This document shows, in pieces, positions 35,036-48,847 of a stretch of 64,000 bases of DNA; position 1 is the first letter of the stretch; the number at the start of each line of letters is the position of its first letter. The DNA lies in NCBI GenBank assembly GCA_010909165.1, contig MU008185.1:186001-250000 (forward strand), read 5' to 3'. The notes under the pieces were generated by a model, which saw nothing but the letters and a program-made list of their open reading frames with translations, did not search any database and was not told the DNA's origin. The stretch comes from Anthoceros angustus (taxonomy: Eukaryota > Plantae > Anthocerotophyta). Position numbers and translations under genes: made by a program.

Positions 35036-36344
35036 ATGGCGGGTCTTTCACGGTCACAGCTCGGGAAGACGGGGTTGCTGGTGAGCAGGCTGGGCTTCGG
35101 AGCATCCCCGCTGGGAAATGTGTTTGGGAACGTGAAGCTGGAGGACGGCATCGGTGCTGTCCACGAGGCAGCTCGCTTGGGCATCAACTTCTTCGATGTT
35201 TCCCCGTGAGCCCAGGATTCCTGGATTCCTGCTACCCACCTTCCAGCTACCCCGGCTTCGAATGCCAACCCCGTTTTCCTGGTCTGCAGGTATTATGGAG
35301 ATACGCTGGCGGAGCAGGTGTTGGGCAAGGCCCTGCAGAGCATGCCCGTCGCCAGAGACAAGTACGTGCTGTCCTCCAAGTGCGGGCGGTACGGGAACGG
35401 GGTGTTCGATTTCAGTGCGGAGCGGGTGGTTAGGAGCGTGGAGGAGAGTCTGCACCGCCTGAATGTGGACTACCTGGATATCATCCAAGTGCACGATATC
35501 GAGTTCGGGGACCTTTCTGTGGTAGATCTCCGTGGGCCTGACTGTGTGTGGCTCAGGTGCTGACAGGAGCGGTCTCTGATCCGCTGTCTGCCTTGCAGGT
35601 TGTGTCGGACACGATTCCAGCGCTTCAGAAGCTGAAGGAGGCTGGGAAGGTGAGGTTCATTGGAATCACGGGCTTGCCTCTCAAGATCTTCAGCTACGTG
35701 CTCGACAGAGTGCAGCCTGGAGCTGTGGACGTGGTGCTGTCCTACTGCCACTACAGCCTGAACGACACTTCGTTGGAGGACTCTCTGCCCTATTTCAAGG
35801 AGAAGGGTGTGGGGGTCATCAATGCATCACCCCTTTCCATGGGCCTGTTAACCGACCAGGGTGCTCCGGAATGGCATCCTGCACCTTTGGCTGTCAAAGT
35901 ATGTGATCTTAACCTCTTCACTCTTAGGCATCTTCACTCTAAGGCATTCTACTAATTTCATGTTAATAATCCCGACTGCTGCTTTGTTTCTGGTCTCAGA
36001 CCGCTTGTGCAGCTGCAACTGCACACTGTCATTCCAAGGGCAAGAACATCTCCAAGCTCGCGTTGCAGTTCTCTTTGAGGAACCCGGTCATCGCCACGAC
36101 CTTGGTGGGCATGTGCTCCGTGGAGCAGGTAACAGGAACCCTGCTGCTTCACCCTTCACTGCTATATAGCCTCTGTTTGTCCCTTAACCCTTCACTGTAT
36201 GAACAGGTGCGTGAAAATTACGTAGCAGCGCTTGAGGCAGAGAACGAGGCAAATATCGACTACTCTTTGCTGCGCGAGGTGCAAAGCATTTTAAGCCCAG
36301 TCAAGAGCGTGAGCTGGCCAAGCGGCAGACCCGAGAACAACTGA
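35036..36344 (+). CDS. GalDH: L-galactose dehydrogenase (aldo-keto reductase, ascorbate pathway), multi-exon
   Basis: LGKTGLLVSRLGFGASPLGNVFG..GINFFDVSP|YYG (intron 35206-35289)..YLDIIQVHDIEF..IGITGLPL..SYCHY..INASPLSMGLLT..SWPSGRPENN*. Confidence 0.93.
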
Positions 36345-36466
36345 AATTCGCAGAGGGGGATGAAGACCGGATTAATTATTTTAGCTCGCTATCACCACAA
36401 GACACGGCAGCATAGTTTGCCAATTTTTGTCGTTGACAAGATTAAAACTTGTTAACCAGAGTTGAA

Positions 36467-39400
36467 TCACTTCTGATTATGCTTCTTGGGTCTCACACGG
36501 ATGATTTTCCTTTGCGAGACCCTCTCCCCTAGAGCTGTGCTGACGGACATGCCTTGTAGCTTTCGGGTGGCTTTCACCACACTTTCCATACCCTTCCTAG
36601 CTGTCGACTTCTTGCCCTCCCTACGATTGAGCAACTTTTGGTCCAAAGGCCAGTATGCATAAGGCTCCATCTTGCCCTTCCGTTGCACGTCACCTCCCGA
36701 CTTCCCCTTCTTGTTTGCATAGTCCTCTCCCGTGTAAGCCCATCCCTTCGCTTCTTTGGAGCGGTGTTTTCTTGGGGCTGCTCTGTCCTTGATTGGCTTG
36801 CCATCAGCCCCCTTCCTTGTCTTCTTGTTAGAGGTTGCCCTTGATTGTGTTTTAACATCATCCTCATCTTCTTCAGGTCTTCCCCGTTTCCGTTTCTTGT
36901 CCCTCCGATCATCGTTCTCCACTATAATTAGGCGTCCATCATGATCAACCTCCATGTCATCGTCACTGTCATCTTGTCTTCGGGAGGGTTTTTGAGTTCT
37001 CAGTGCTTCCCTAGTCCTTTGATTGTCCAGCAGGTCCAGAGGGTCGCGCATTGACCCATCCATGTCCCCAGGAAGCTGCTTCTTGGACCTCAGCACCTTT
37101 CCAGATCTGAAAATATATAGCATCGCTAATGTCAGCTTGCTGTAAAGCAACTCACTTCTGCTGCTTTCTGATAAGAAACAACAACCATCCAATACCTGGA
37201 AGTGCCAAATGACCTTCCCGTGCCTGATGTCTTCGCCCCCGCTGTTCCGGCAACTCTGCTTTCAATCTCAGCACTTTCATCATCATCATCAGAGAAAATC
37301 TCTGTGTGCCTCCACTCGCTCCGCCTGGACATTCACCATCACATCAGAAATTACAAACATGCAGAAATCTAGAATTCCGCTTCCAATACAGAAATAAGAT
37401 GAGCTCAGCAGCTTGAACTATACCTCGCCGTGTTCGCTCTTGATGATGCCACAGACTTAGCATCATCTATTCCTTCATCCGCTGCTTTCTTCTTTTTTTG
37501 TGCTTTCTCATTTGTCTGCAGGCATTTAACACAAGAGCACACCCAATTAGACTAATCGTAACAGCGTATGCTTAGTCCTCATACACACGCCAGCCAATAT
37601 CCACTCTCTAGTCAGGACTTAGGCAAGGAAAGAAAGGTGAGACGGTACCTTGCGGATGTGCGTCAACAACTTGACATGCTCCTGGGGCATCACAGCTGAA
37701 ACAGACTCTAACCCACACCTTCGGACTAACCTTTCCATGATAGTCCGGACCTGCACACAGACCCAGACTGTCTGAGGCAAATGCAAAGTGTTTCCTCAAG
37801 ATCGATTAGGTCAAGACACAATAAAAATAGCAAGCAGGACCTTGGCTTTGAAGTGATTCTTTGAATCATCCGACCAGAGCAGCAAGCCTTCCACAATACT
37901 CTTCAGGTACTTCTCTAATTCTTCTCCTGGTAGACGAACTATGATCACCTTCACCAGACCCAACACAGACTGTAACAGCAAACACGGCGGGGTAATTAGT
38001 CATACTCTGGCTCACTAAAGATCCAGATGGAACAGAGCACACGATATCCAGCATACCTTGACTACCTCCCTGCTCTGACTCCTTAGCATAAGTAGCACAA
38101 TTGGTAGTAGATCTGGCACTGTATGGCACAGCTCTGATGAGAACTCATAAAGCAACCTTGCTAGCCCAGCCACAGCTGCACTTTTCGTGTGTGGAGACGT
38201 TGCTGCCAAAGAGCCCAAAATCTGCAACCAAAAGTGAGTCACATGAGCTATAGGCAGCAAATTTACAAAGTTTGCCAAACCGTCAACCCTGCAAGCAAGT
38301 TGAGCAACACACATAAAAACTTCTCACCATATTGAAAAATTTCAGCAGTTCCTCTAGTGAGCCCCCCTTATCAGAATCACCCATACTGTGCCCAATTCCA
38401 ATAAGAAGGTCGTATGCAGAGTTTCTTGTCTTGGTATTGGACTTCAAATGACGAGATCAGATTATCAGCCTTGAGTTCTCAGAACATTTGACAGAAGGAC
38501 GCTACACCTTTACCCACTCAGAATATCAAAGCTTTCTGCACACCTCCTTCGTCGCAAGGATGATTTCACTCAGAAGAGCAGCGACTGCTTCATCTCTCTT
38601 ACTGTCGCCAAGCTGCACAGTGAAAAATAACTTCAGATACAATGTACCCAATGACAACAAAAAAGCATACCAGGAAAGTACAGTGAGGCAACATACCTTT
38701 GACAGGTGAATAATAATCGACTGCAGGCAAGAGAGCCGGTGTCTTTTGGCTGAGGAGTGACAAGAGACCATAGCCTCAACAATAGTCTCCAGTACATCTT
38801 CCAATCTACTTTCAAAGAACCAACTATGTTCCTACAAAATTAACACAATACAGAACATGAAAGGGCACTCATCATCAGTGAAGAATATATGGTTTCCCTA
38901 GCAGCTACACATCAAACAAGCACAACCAACATCGCCCAGCTACCTTCAACAACCTTGACAGCAGCTTATACGCCTTCTTCTGCACTCTAGCATCAGCATC
39001 CTGGAAAGACAGAAACAGCCAACATCACATTTAATTAGGGACAGAAACTACAGCAGTGTGAAGATATCACATTCAAATGTTGAGCATCAAAACTGCTCGA
39101 TCTCACCTGCAGAGCTGGCTTCGCAGTTGTGAAGAGCAAAGTCACCGCCTCCTCATCCAAACCTTGGGTGAGGGACAATGCTAGGTCCATAAAGACACTT
39201 ACGCGCACTGCTGGGCTATCTTCCACTTTCTGCGCCTTACTACCACTATTTGCTGCAGCTTCTGTAGTTGCTTCCAGAAGCTTTCGCATAATGGAGATAA
39301 AGAATTCTTTGATTGTTGGTTGAGATGCGATAGAAGCGATTACTGAGATTGTGTCCTACACACCAGAAGCATGACACATGGTGAGCATATCGGCCTGATC

Positions 39401-42303
39401 CGCTGCTTAGGACATGACTCATGCTGTGGCAGACAACTATCTTCAGTAGTTCAGCTCAAGCAAATTATTGTTGTAGTTCTCTGTACCTGTAGGTCACCAC
39501 GCTTCTCTGTCGTAGACTGGATGAAAAGGTTGAACAAGAGGGGAAGAAAATTTCGGGCAAACCCAGCAATTGCTGCAATGTTGGATGCAGCTACTTCTGC
39601 CGTGTACAAGGATCTAGCCTTCTCTTCAGACGTAGTTAGGTCCTCAGTGTGGTCTGCAAGTCCTTTCCTAGGAAGATTTTTGACAGCATCTCCCCTTGCA
39701 AGCTTGTTTTGAAGCACAAGCCTCTGGAAGCAGACATTACGACTACAGGTTAGCAGTCCAGCGAAGCACTGTCAACTCATGATTGTACCACTTTACAGTT
39801 CATAGAGCACAGCTGCGCCAAAACAGCTGGTGATATGGATGAAATCCAAGACAATAGGTCGCTTGAAGCATAACACCTAACACTGGATTCAATACCAAAG
39901 ACCACAAGTATCTCAAAACATAATGCACGACATACCTGTAGGCTAAAGCAGACAATTCCCCTTAGTTCAGGCTCGTTTGTGAGAAGATCCCCTAGCAACT
40001 TTGCAATATAGCGGAAACTTGTTGCTGTATCGACTGGATAGTTACAGAATGATGGCAAGAGCGACCATATTGACTGAGACAGACTCTCAGCATTCCGTGC
40101 CCCAATAGGCTTACCCTCTGCAGCATGCTGTGTCGGTACACAGCGAGTCAACATGAGAATTGCCAGACACAATAATGCAAAAACATTCACACAATATCCA
40201 ACCGAGCAAGTTCACTTTACCTTCAAAGCTCGATCATGCAGTCGTGAAGCAAGAGGAGCCATATGCTCTACGAAGTACTGCAAGCTGGAGCCAACAATAT
40301 GCTGCTTCAAAATTGGTAACAGCCATGTGCATGACTCAGAAAAGTCATGGACGTCCATGTTCAGAGGCAGGAGTTCCAAGAAGTTCTCAGGACCCATGGA
40401 TGCAACCGCTGTTCCTAAGGTCTTGTGTAACTGTGAAACCACCAACGTCATTAAGTGGTGAATTAGGTGAAACTCATGACGGCAGACACACTGCACCTGA
40501 GGAATTCGACAGCAAACCTGCTTTCGGCAGGAGACATCTTGATGTGGAAGCTCTTGAAGCTCAGCTAGACCCTTGACAACAGCTGGCATTAGTCGGGCAG
40601 AAGCTTTCCCTGCCAGGAGTTACCCAGGAAACAACCGGTCAGATAAGTGGTATGCCGCCCACTCCAGTGTGGCATTCCATAACCAGCACCTGGTGGTCAC
40701 ATTTTAGAATGCGTCATAAATCCAGACAGGTGGAGAACCTCACCCAATTTTTCAAAAAGATCTGCAATGACTTGCAGTGACATGTCCCACGCCATACTAT
40801 ACTGGTAACCCAACATAGTTTCAGCTGTTGCACAGACTCTTTCTACAGCATTTGGCATTCTGTTTGGCTGTCCCGGATTGTCAAGCTGACCCACAGCCTG
40901 GTGAACCATTTGTTCGTCCAAACAATTTTGGACAGAGCTTCGCAGACACTCTGTGGCAGTGTACACAACCTCCTCCCTTTCTGAGGCAAGCAACTCTGCG
41001 TGCATCATAGAGCTTAGAATGATTAGCCTCCGTCTTCCAGTTCGACCGAGTCAGAGCAAACATGCACAGTCTCATTTGATATAAACCTGTGAGTGCATGA
41101 AAAACGGCAGGAAACTTGGCAGCACACAGTGCTGGCTCGGAATGATGTAGCCTTTCCAGCCCTTGCTGCAGAACGCGTGCCTCAACCGTAAGCTCATCCA
41201 CATTCCCCGTCTTCTCGGCAGATAGCTGAGATGCAACTTTTTGTAGAACGTCCCATAAACTTGCTCCCGGTATCTCAGCAGCGGGATCCTTACAGAGTGC
41301 TTGCAGCGTAGCCAGGACATGCTTCGTCAGAAGTGGATGCCTGAGCTCATAAAGATCTCGTAGAACTTGCAGGATCTTGCTGATCGCCTTCTTTGACAGT
41401 AGCGGGAGGACATGTTTGAGAGCCCCTAGAACGTGCAACAACTCCAATGCACTGGAATGGCCAGTATCTGAGTCCACTTTGTTATCAAATTTTCCACCTC
41501 CAACATTTTCCCTGATAGGAGCTGCAGCCTTATCAAACAAACTAACTACAACATCACTCGCCAAAGACAAGGATGGCGAGCCACGCATCCAAAGCAGCAC
41601 CGCAGGCAGGCATTCATGTGCCCGCTTCCGCACCTGAGGAAAAACATCAAGACATCATCAGAAGCAAAGCCACCCTAGAGCCCAGCACGCAACTAACGTT
41701 AAGATAGGAGAAAAAACATAAACCCAAGCAAACCTTGGGATGCCGGTCAACACAACACCGCAGAAGCAACTGAAAGGACGGGCCGAATCCCAACCAAGTG
41801 GACTTATCCATTCCTTGCACCACCCGGACAATACACAAGAGTCCAGACTTGACCGCCCCCTGATCCACCGCCTCGTTGCTCATGAGCCCTACCAACAGCT
41901 GCAATGTGGCGTCCCCCTTGGCCCTGACCACAGCTGGAGCTAACTTCGGCAGCACCAGTGACAGAAAGGTGCACAGGGCTGTGATGACGGCAACGTTGCC
42001 GTTGCCTTTCTGCCGCTCCAAGGTGGACATACAGGCTCCAAAGTAGGCGGTGGGAGAAGGCTCCAATCCCTGCTCTCTCAGCACCTCCGCCATGGCGGCT
42101 GCCACGGCGCACAAGTGCTGGTGCTCCGGCTGCTGCGACCTGCCATACCTGGCCTTCACGAACGCACCCAAATCCTGCTCTCCGCTTGCCAGAGACTCAG
42201 CCTCCTCCATCTCGTCAAATTCAGCACTGTTCGAATGATTGCCACCACCTCCCGCGACGCCTCCAGCTGCACGCTTCATGGGCTTCTTCGGGAGGCTCCT
42301 CAT
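36467..42303 (-). CDS. RRP12: RRP12-like ribosome biogenesis protein, many short introns
   Basis: N-terminal QPEHQHLCAVAAAM...PTAYF; internal helical exons (FARNFLPLLFN, SPHTKSAAVAGLARL); C-terminal KMEPYAYWPLDQKLLNRR. The exact start codon is uncertain. Confidence 0.9.
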
Positions 42304-43076
42304 TGCGCAATTGCGGTGTCTTCCGCCGTCTTGGCACAAACGCGTGCTTCAACGGGTGCCTTTCGATTGACGAAGCTCACATATATAGTTGCCGTTACAT
42401 ACATAGTTTCTAAACGAACTAGTTCGAGCAGCATATGTATGGGGTACTTTCCCTTCTCGGTAGTTCCATGGCCCTGCTCGAAGTCCACAGGCGGGAGCTT
42501 ACAGGAGCTCAGCCAAGGGTTCAAGCTTGCTTGAAAGTGTACTGAACTGCAGCAAGCCCTTTTTCGATGAGCCTTTCAAACTCACTGGAAGCAGCTACGA
42601 GCAAAGCTTTGAGTTCTTCAAACCTGGAACAGGATCTGAAAGTAGGGCGTCGTTTTCTGTTGTTTCTTCGTTGGAGATAAAGTCAGTGTCTTGGCTACCT
42701 ATCTGTTTGGCAGCGAGTTACCTGCCTCTGGGATTTGCGGGTGATGTTTGCTTGGTGGTTTTGCAGGTGGGTCTGTGAAAGCTGCCTCGAAGTCCCTTCA
42801 AGAGTGACGGTGCTATTCTCTCGTCCACACTCCTGTCTGTGCCCCTGCATAATTTGAAGGGTTAGGGCTGCTTTTGCTAACAGCTTCATAGCCTCACATG
42901 CGTTGTGGTTTTTGAGTCTCATATTTTCACAAGAAACCTCTCTTCTCATATCCTCCACACGCGCGAGCTCAATCCTCTCTACCATTCCTCTTAACGAAAC
43001 AGAGTTATTCCACGTTCTATTGCAAGAAAAGCGCGCAAAATTGGGTGGGGTATAAAGTGTACTAGGTACGTATGCA

Positions 43077-44321
43077 TCTATTTATCTATCTATCTAATAC
43101 TATTAATATCATAGGCGAGACCAGATTTACTTTCGAAGAATATTATGTCCATTATTATTACTATAATATAGGTCATAATAAGTATTAGATACCATGATGT
43201 GCAAGACGTTTTTGTCTTAGTATCAAACGAGATTAATCTCATGACTAGGTGAGGTTTAAAATATTGTAAGCAAATTTTATACATACTTACTAATGAAAAA
43301 TACGTTTCATCACATCACGAAGTCGAGCTAGAGCAGCAAGTCTCGTAGGGCATGAGGTGTACGACAAAATAGCGTTTGAGTAGCGTAGATATTATCATGT
43401 AATCTCATGACAATCAAGGTAAGGCAAGCCTCCAACCAAGCTAAGTAAGAGTCCCTTGAATGAACGAGAAGTAGACAATTAGCTGAGGTAAGAGTCCATT
43501 CTCGACAAGAAGTCGACAAGCTAAAGTTGAAGTCCCTCGAATGGACGAGAAGTAGCCAGAAAGAGGAGGATAAGGATGACAGATAAGAGGAGGAAGATGA
43601 TCATTCACATTGGAGTCCCCGGAATGGACGAAAAGAAGCGAGAATGGGGAAGTTGAGGATAACATTGAAGAACCACAATGTGTCCAAGACGTTTCCAACA
43701 AAGCAAGCAAGCTAGCTGAATGTAAGCTAAAGTAAGAGTCCCTTCCATAGATGAGAAGTAGGCGAGATCGTACAAGGAGATGGTGTTGAGATTGAAAAGG
43801 CTGCACAATCCATTGACCACCAGTGTAGACCATCCATCGGAAGTCCAAAGTCCAGGTCCAAGCCTGGGTAGGCGGCTAGGCGGCTAGGCCTAGCGCCTTT
43901 GTTGCGTCCAAAGATGTACAGAATGTACAGGTGTACATAGTCCCCGGTTAGTTGGTTAGTTATTAGGGCGGCAGAGCCGCCTATCTGTTTTCCGTTAGGC
44001 GGCGAGGAGGCACACAAAGCCGGCCCCGGGCAGGGCCAGCTGGCTAGGCGACAAGACAAAAAGCGCATTGAATTCAATGATTCAACGCCACCATGGGCCA
44101 AGGGCCATGGGCCATGGTCCCATGGTCCCATGGGCCCATGGGCCCATGGGCCATGCGCAGGCACGGCCCAATCGTGGCATCCCAACCTGCGCACCTGCGC
44201 TCCATTATCCCATATCCCCATATCTCATATCCCGCCCCTCACTGGATCTTTGTCTTGGACTCTCCACGCGTGCACTCTAAAACGCGCCTCACCAACTTGT
44301 GTGGCCTAATCCCTCAACTAG
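43077..44321 (+). mobile_element. Possible non-autonomous Helitron-like insertion
   Basis: A|TCTATTTATCTATCTATCTAATACTATT start; CTAG|T end at 44318-44322 with a weak upstream hairpin; internal degenerate ~60 nt repeats at 43440-43760. Confidence 0.25.
44091..44155. repeat. Array of seven CCATGG palindromes
   Basis: CCATGG at 44091, 44105, 44112, 44120, 44128, 44136 and 44144. Confidence 0.95.
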
Positions 44322-44599
44322 TCTAAATTGGCGCCGGAAAGTGTAAGCCGCATGTGAAATCTCGCTTACGCCGGCAATAATAGACGCATCCTCACGTGTC
44401 AGATGAGGCCCCGGCGGAAATGGGATTTCCGGCCTGCGGCCATGGCTGTCCCATAACCTCGGCGGCCCTCAACCTCAGGCTCAGCCTCTCACAGCCAGCA
44501 ACGGCAACGGCAGCAGGCCCCAGGCCCCAGGCCCCAGCCCCCAGGCCCCAGGCCCCGGCCCCGGAGGACGAACCTCTCCGCTGGGCAGACAAAGAGAAG

Positions 44600-44710
44600 A
44601 AGAGCAGAGCAGAGCAGAGGAGAGGAGAGGAGAGGAGAGGAGAGAGCCGGCTGGATGAGAGAGGCAGAGAATCATCATCAAACCAGCAGCAGCAGCAGCA
44701 GCAGCAGCAG
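44600..44710 (+). repeat. GA-rich and (CAG)9 microsatellites upstream of the cryptochrome start
   Basis: (gagag)n at ~44600-44646; CAG x9 at 44684-44710; not in frame with the CRY ATG. Confidence 0.9.
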
Positions 44711-44783
44711 CGCCTGCATTTGCAGCAGGAGCAGGAAGAGGAGCTGCGCATGCGGCAGGGAATCTGCGCTGTGAGGGAAGGGA

Positions 44784-46822
44784 ATGGCGGGGAAGGCCCG
44801 CACCATCGTGTGGCTGAGGAGGGACCTGCGCCTGGGAGACAACCCCGCGCTCTTCGAGGCCGCGCAGGCCGGGGTGGTGATCCCCGTCTTCGTGTGGTGC
44901 CCGGAGGAGGAGGGCCAGTTCCAGCCCGGCCGAGCCTCCAGATGGTGGCTCAAGGAGAGCCTGGCGCATTTGGACACCTCGTTGCGTGCCTTCGGGACCC
45001 GCCTCATCCTGCGCAAGTCCAGTGACACGCTCTCCGCTCTGCTGCAAATTGCCCGCTCCGCCCGGGCCACGCAGCTCTTCTACAACCATCTCTACGGTAC
45101 GTGCGGGCCTCACTCATGAATGTTGCTTTCCGAGGGGAATCTGTGCTGCGCCGCATTGTTTGTTGGGATTGGTGACGGTCTCTCACGTGGAAGCCCTGCC
45201 TTGCCCCTGCCGTGCCGTGCCGTGCCTCGCCCCGCCCCGCCCCGCCCTGCCCTGGCTGCAGATCCCGTGTCCCTGGTGCGGGATCACCGCGTGAAGGAAG
45301 GCCTCACCCGGGCCGGCCTTTCCGTCTACTCCTTCTCCGGGGACCTGCTGTACGAGCCCTGGGAGATTTTCGATGAGCGCGGCCAGGCCTTCACCAAATT
45401 CTCTGGCTTTTGGAAGAAGTCGCAATCCATGCCGTTCGAGCCCGACATTCCGCTCCTTCCTCCTAGGAGGATCAAGGGAACATCTCGTAAGTGTCTCCCG
45501 CACGGAAAGCAAGGAGACTCATATTCGAATGCGTCTCTCTTGTTGAAAGATTGGCTTGCGTTTTCCTTCCGTGTCCACAGCTGATGAGGAATGTGCGTCA
45601 CTTGCTGCAATTGGATGGCACAGGGAAGGTCTTCTCCTGCTTTCTGGACGACCTTGGGTTGGAGGATGCGCTGGAGAAGAGCAGCAATTCGCTGCTGGCG
45701 AGGGAGTGGTCTCCAGGTTGGGCCAACGCGGAGAAGGCCCTGGACAAATTTCTCAAGGGGCCTTTGCTGGAGTACTCCACGAACTGCAGCAAGGTGGACA
45801 CGCCCTCGACATCGCTGCTGTCACCGCACCTGCATTACGGGGAGATCAGTGTGCGGAAGGTGTTCTACGATGTGAGGCTCACAACCCACCTGCTGTGCGG
45901 GGAGGATCCCAGCAGCGCCCTCAGCCAGAGCGTGGACGAGTTCTTGCGGCAATTAGGCTACCGAGAGTACTCCAGGTACCTCATCTTCAACTTCCCCTTC
46001 ACGCACGAGACATCGCTGCTGCCCAACCTCCGGTCGTTTCCATGGCGGTGGGACGAGGAGTGCTTCAAGGCCTGGAAGCAGGGCCGCACGGGCTACCCCT
46101 TGGTGGATGCGGGGATGAGGGAGCTCTGGGCGACAGGCTGGCTGCACAACAGGATGAGGATAGTGGTGGCCAGCTTCTGCGTCAAGTTTCTGCAGCTGCC
46201 ATGGAGATGGGGCATGAAGCATTTCTGGGACACTCTGCTGGACGCGGATTTGGAGTCCGACATTCTTGGCTGGCAATACATCTCCGGCAGCCTGCCTGAC
46301 GGCCACGAGCTGGATAGGATGGACCACCCTATGAAGATCGGGCACGAGCTGGATCCTGAAGGCGAGTATGTGCGGAGATGGCTGCCCGAGCTCTCCAGGC
46401 TACCGGCGTTCTGGATTCACCATCCCTGGGACGCCCCTCCCAGCGTGCTGGCTGCTGCAGGAGTGGATTTGGGTCTCAACTATCCCAAACCCATAGTGGA
46501 TGTGGGGGCTGCTAAGAAGCAGCAACAGCTTGCCGTGAGAGCGATGTGGGAGACGGAGGCTTCTTTGCAAGCAGGCGTGAAAGTCAGGCTCGAGGTTCCC
46601 ATTCTAGCTCCGCCACAAGAGGGCCGGGAAGCCGTAGAAATCAACGGAGAGCCCGTCGACTCCGTTTCCTCTGCAAGCTCTCGGCGCGATCAAACCATGA
46701 GCACTCCCACCGAGTCTCAGCAGCAGGCCGCTGCCACCATCCTCAACATGCCCATGGACCAGGTCATGGTTGTGATGGACACTGAGCCCATCAAGCACAG
46801 CAGATGTTGCTGCTTCTTCTAG
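44784..46822 (+). CDS. CRY: Plant cryptochrome (exons 44784-45096, 45262-45486, 45624-46822; 578 aa)
   Basis: TIVWLRRDLRL.DNPAL, GRASRWWLKESL, DPVSLVRDH, TSLLSPHLHYGE, GRTGYPLVDAGMRELWATGW, LLDADLESDILGWQY; the spliced length of 1737 nt keeps the frame. Confidence 0.96.
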
Positions 46823-48847
46823 CCATGATTCTCCGCCTTCTCCTTGCTGGGCACCTGGTTCTCGTCTTCGGTCTCCATTTGATGCAATTTTATTCATGAG
46901 AGTACATTCCTACAGCCCGGATTCCTCTGTTTGCTGTCATTGTGCACGAGGCAATCCTTCTGAAAATTATGTATCATAGCGAGCTTCTCCTTCTTTCACG
47001 CCTTGTGTGATGGCTTGCAGCTGCCCTGTAGGCCTGTACCTCATATAAAGCTCTCCTTCCGAGAGCGTGATGTTCACTCGGGAACCGTCGCGAAATAAAA
47101 TTGTTCTTCACTGACAGCACAAACAGATCTTCCATCTAGCAGTCCTTTTATGGCAGCAAGTACACTCCACCTCTGACTGTCATGCTCATTCTGCATTGGG
47201 TGGCACGAATGCCCGTGTAAAAACACCACATGCGGCCTCTCAAAATTGGCCTTGTGGCAACTTCAGTCAGCCACACTGTCACCCTTCTGAGCGGGAGACA
47301 GCAGTGCAAGCATCTCAGTGTAGTGCAATGCAGTGCAGACCCATGCTTGCATCTCTCCCAAGAACTGGTCTTCATTGTCATTTCTCTCGGCTCCACCAAG
47401 GCGTGTTCCTCGAGCTCCACAAGTATCCCTCAAATTGAGGACAAGAGGACCACAAGATCCTTGGAACGGGAGACTTCAGGAACTTGCGCCTGGGGAGGTG
47501 CTTCCAAATGGAACACAAATCAACAGCTACAATCAACGCCAAATTTACTTAAACACACGGAAGCAGAACAACTCAAAAAATGGGTCACTCAGCTGCCTAG
47601 GCCCACAGAGCTGCCATCTTGGAGTCTGCAGCATCCCTAGTGAAATCATTTCCATATGTTCCTTCGTCCGACTCCTCAATGTGCACCCAGAGAGCTGCTG
47701 TTGAGATTCAAGTTCAGGTGTACGTACGTTTTGTATTTATGTACATATGATGCATAGTCTCGGCGGCAAACAGCGAAAGCTGTTCAATGTCATCATCGTC
47801 GCCAGTGTGCTCCTACGGTAACATACACACTTGAAGACTCCCAAAATGGTGCTCCAAGAACGGCATACATGGTTGCCAAAGTGGCCCGGTTGGAGGAGGA
47901 TTCCTGAGCAGGAGCCAGGTATATCAATAATTCCAGAAGGGAGACGCATTCAACACACGCCCTGATCCGAGAGAGAGCAACATCAAGCACTGCGACAGTA
48001 CAGAAGATGATTTCTCCTGCAAGAAGTATGTCACCCTCCAAATCAGACTGGAGATGCGTACGACAGTTTCTTCCGCTCTGTTGAAAATTATTGCGAAGGC
48101 GCCTGGAACAACTTCTTCTAGGTTCCAGTTGAATATCACAAAACCCTACGGAACTTCTTGAAAGGAGCGAGGATACAGTGTCCAACGCAGAAAACCAACA
48201 AACAAAATATTGAAGTCCACAGCAGAACAGTGGATAGGCAAGGAGTGTGAAAGGTTGGCAAAAACCCAGAATATCAGACTGTCTCGGCATTCTCGCTTGC
48301 AAGTTGCGGCCAAGATGCATAGCAGAAGCAAGATGCTGTCTAAGGTGTCATTCTTCCTCAAAACTCTTGAATCAAACTTCAATCTGACACTCTGAGGAAT
48401 GGTGATGTGCCATGGCCAGCATAAACAAGAGGGCAAACGCGTGACATGCTATGAAATAGACCGCAGACTTTTTGTAGTTCCCAGCTTTCGAGAACATCCC
48501 TAGAACAACTTGCATGACACCGTATGGGATCAACACGATTCCCTCGGAGTTCCCTGTGTAGATGTTTGTGAACCAGATCGAGAAAGCATGAAAATGGGTT
48601 AACGTTTCTTTCTGGTTCACCGAACTCAAAACACTAAACTTCTGGGATCCTGGGTGCTGCTTCCCCTTCACAGTACGTTTGGCTGTACTGAATGAAGCAT
48701 CATATTACTGTAGCTGTGTCATAGCCTTCACAGTTCATGTCAGGCCTCGGGCCTTGTTTTCTCACTGTCAAGGCTTCGGTTTGAGAGTCATTGTCTTTAC
48801 ATAGTCTGCACAATATCGACAGAGGCCTCTGAAGGCCCAGGACAAAT

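Noticed and set aside
44396-45025. PolyQ ORF as a cryptochrome N-terminal extension
   Set aside because: Out of frame with the CRY ATG (offset 388 nt); the polyQ derives from a CAG microsatellite.
45556-46345. Overlapping alternative-frame and antisense ORFs over CRY (similarly over the dirigent gene and GTF2H2)
   Set aside because: Shadow ORFs of GC-rich coding sequence.
47100-48800. Several 60-175 aa ORFs on both strands
   Set aside because: No recognisable domain or consistent exon structure; left unassigned.
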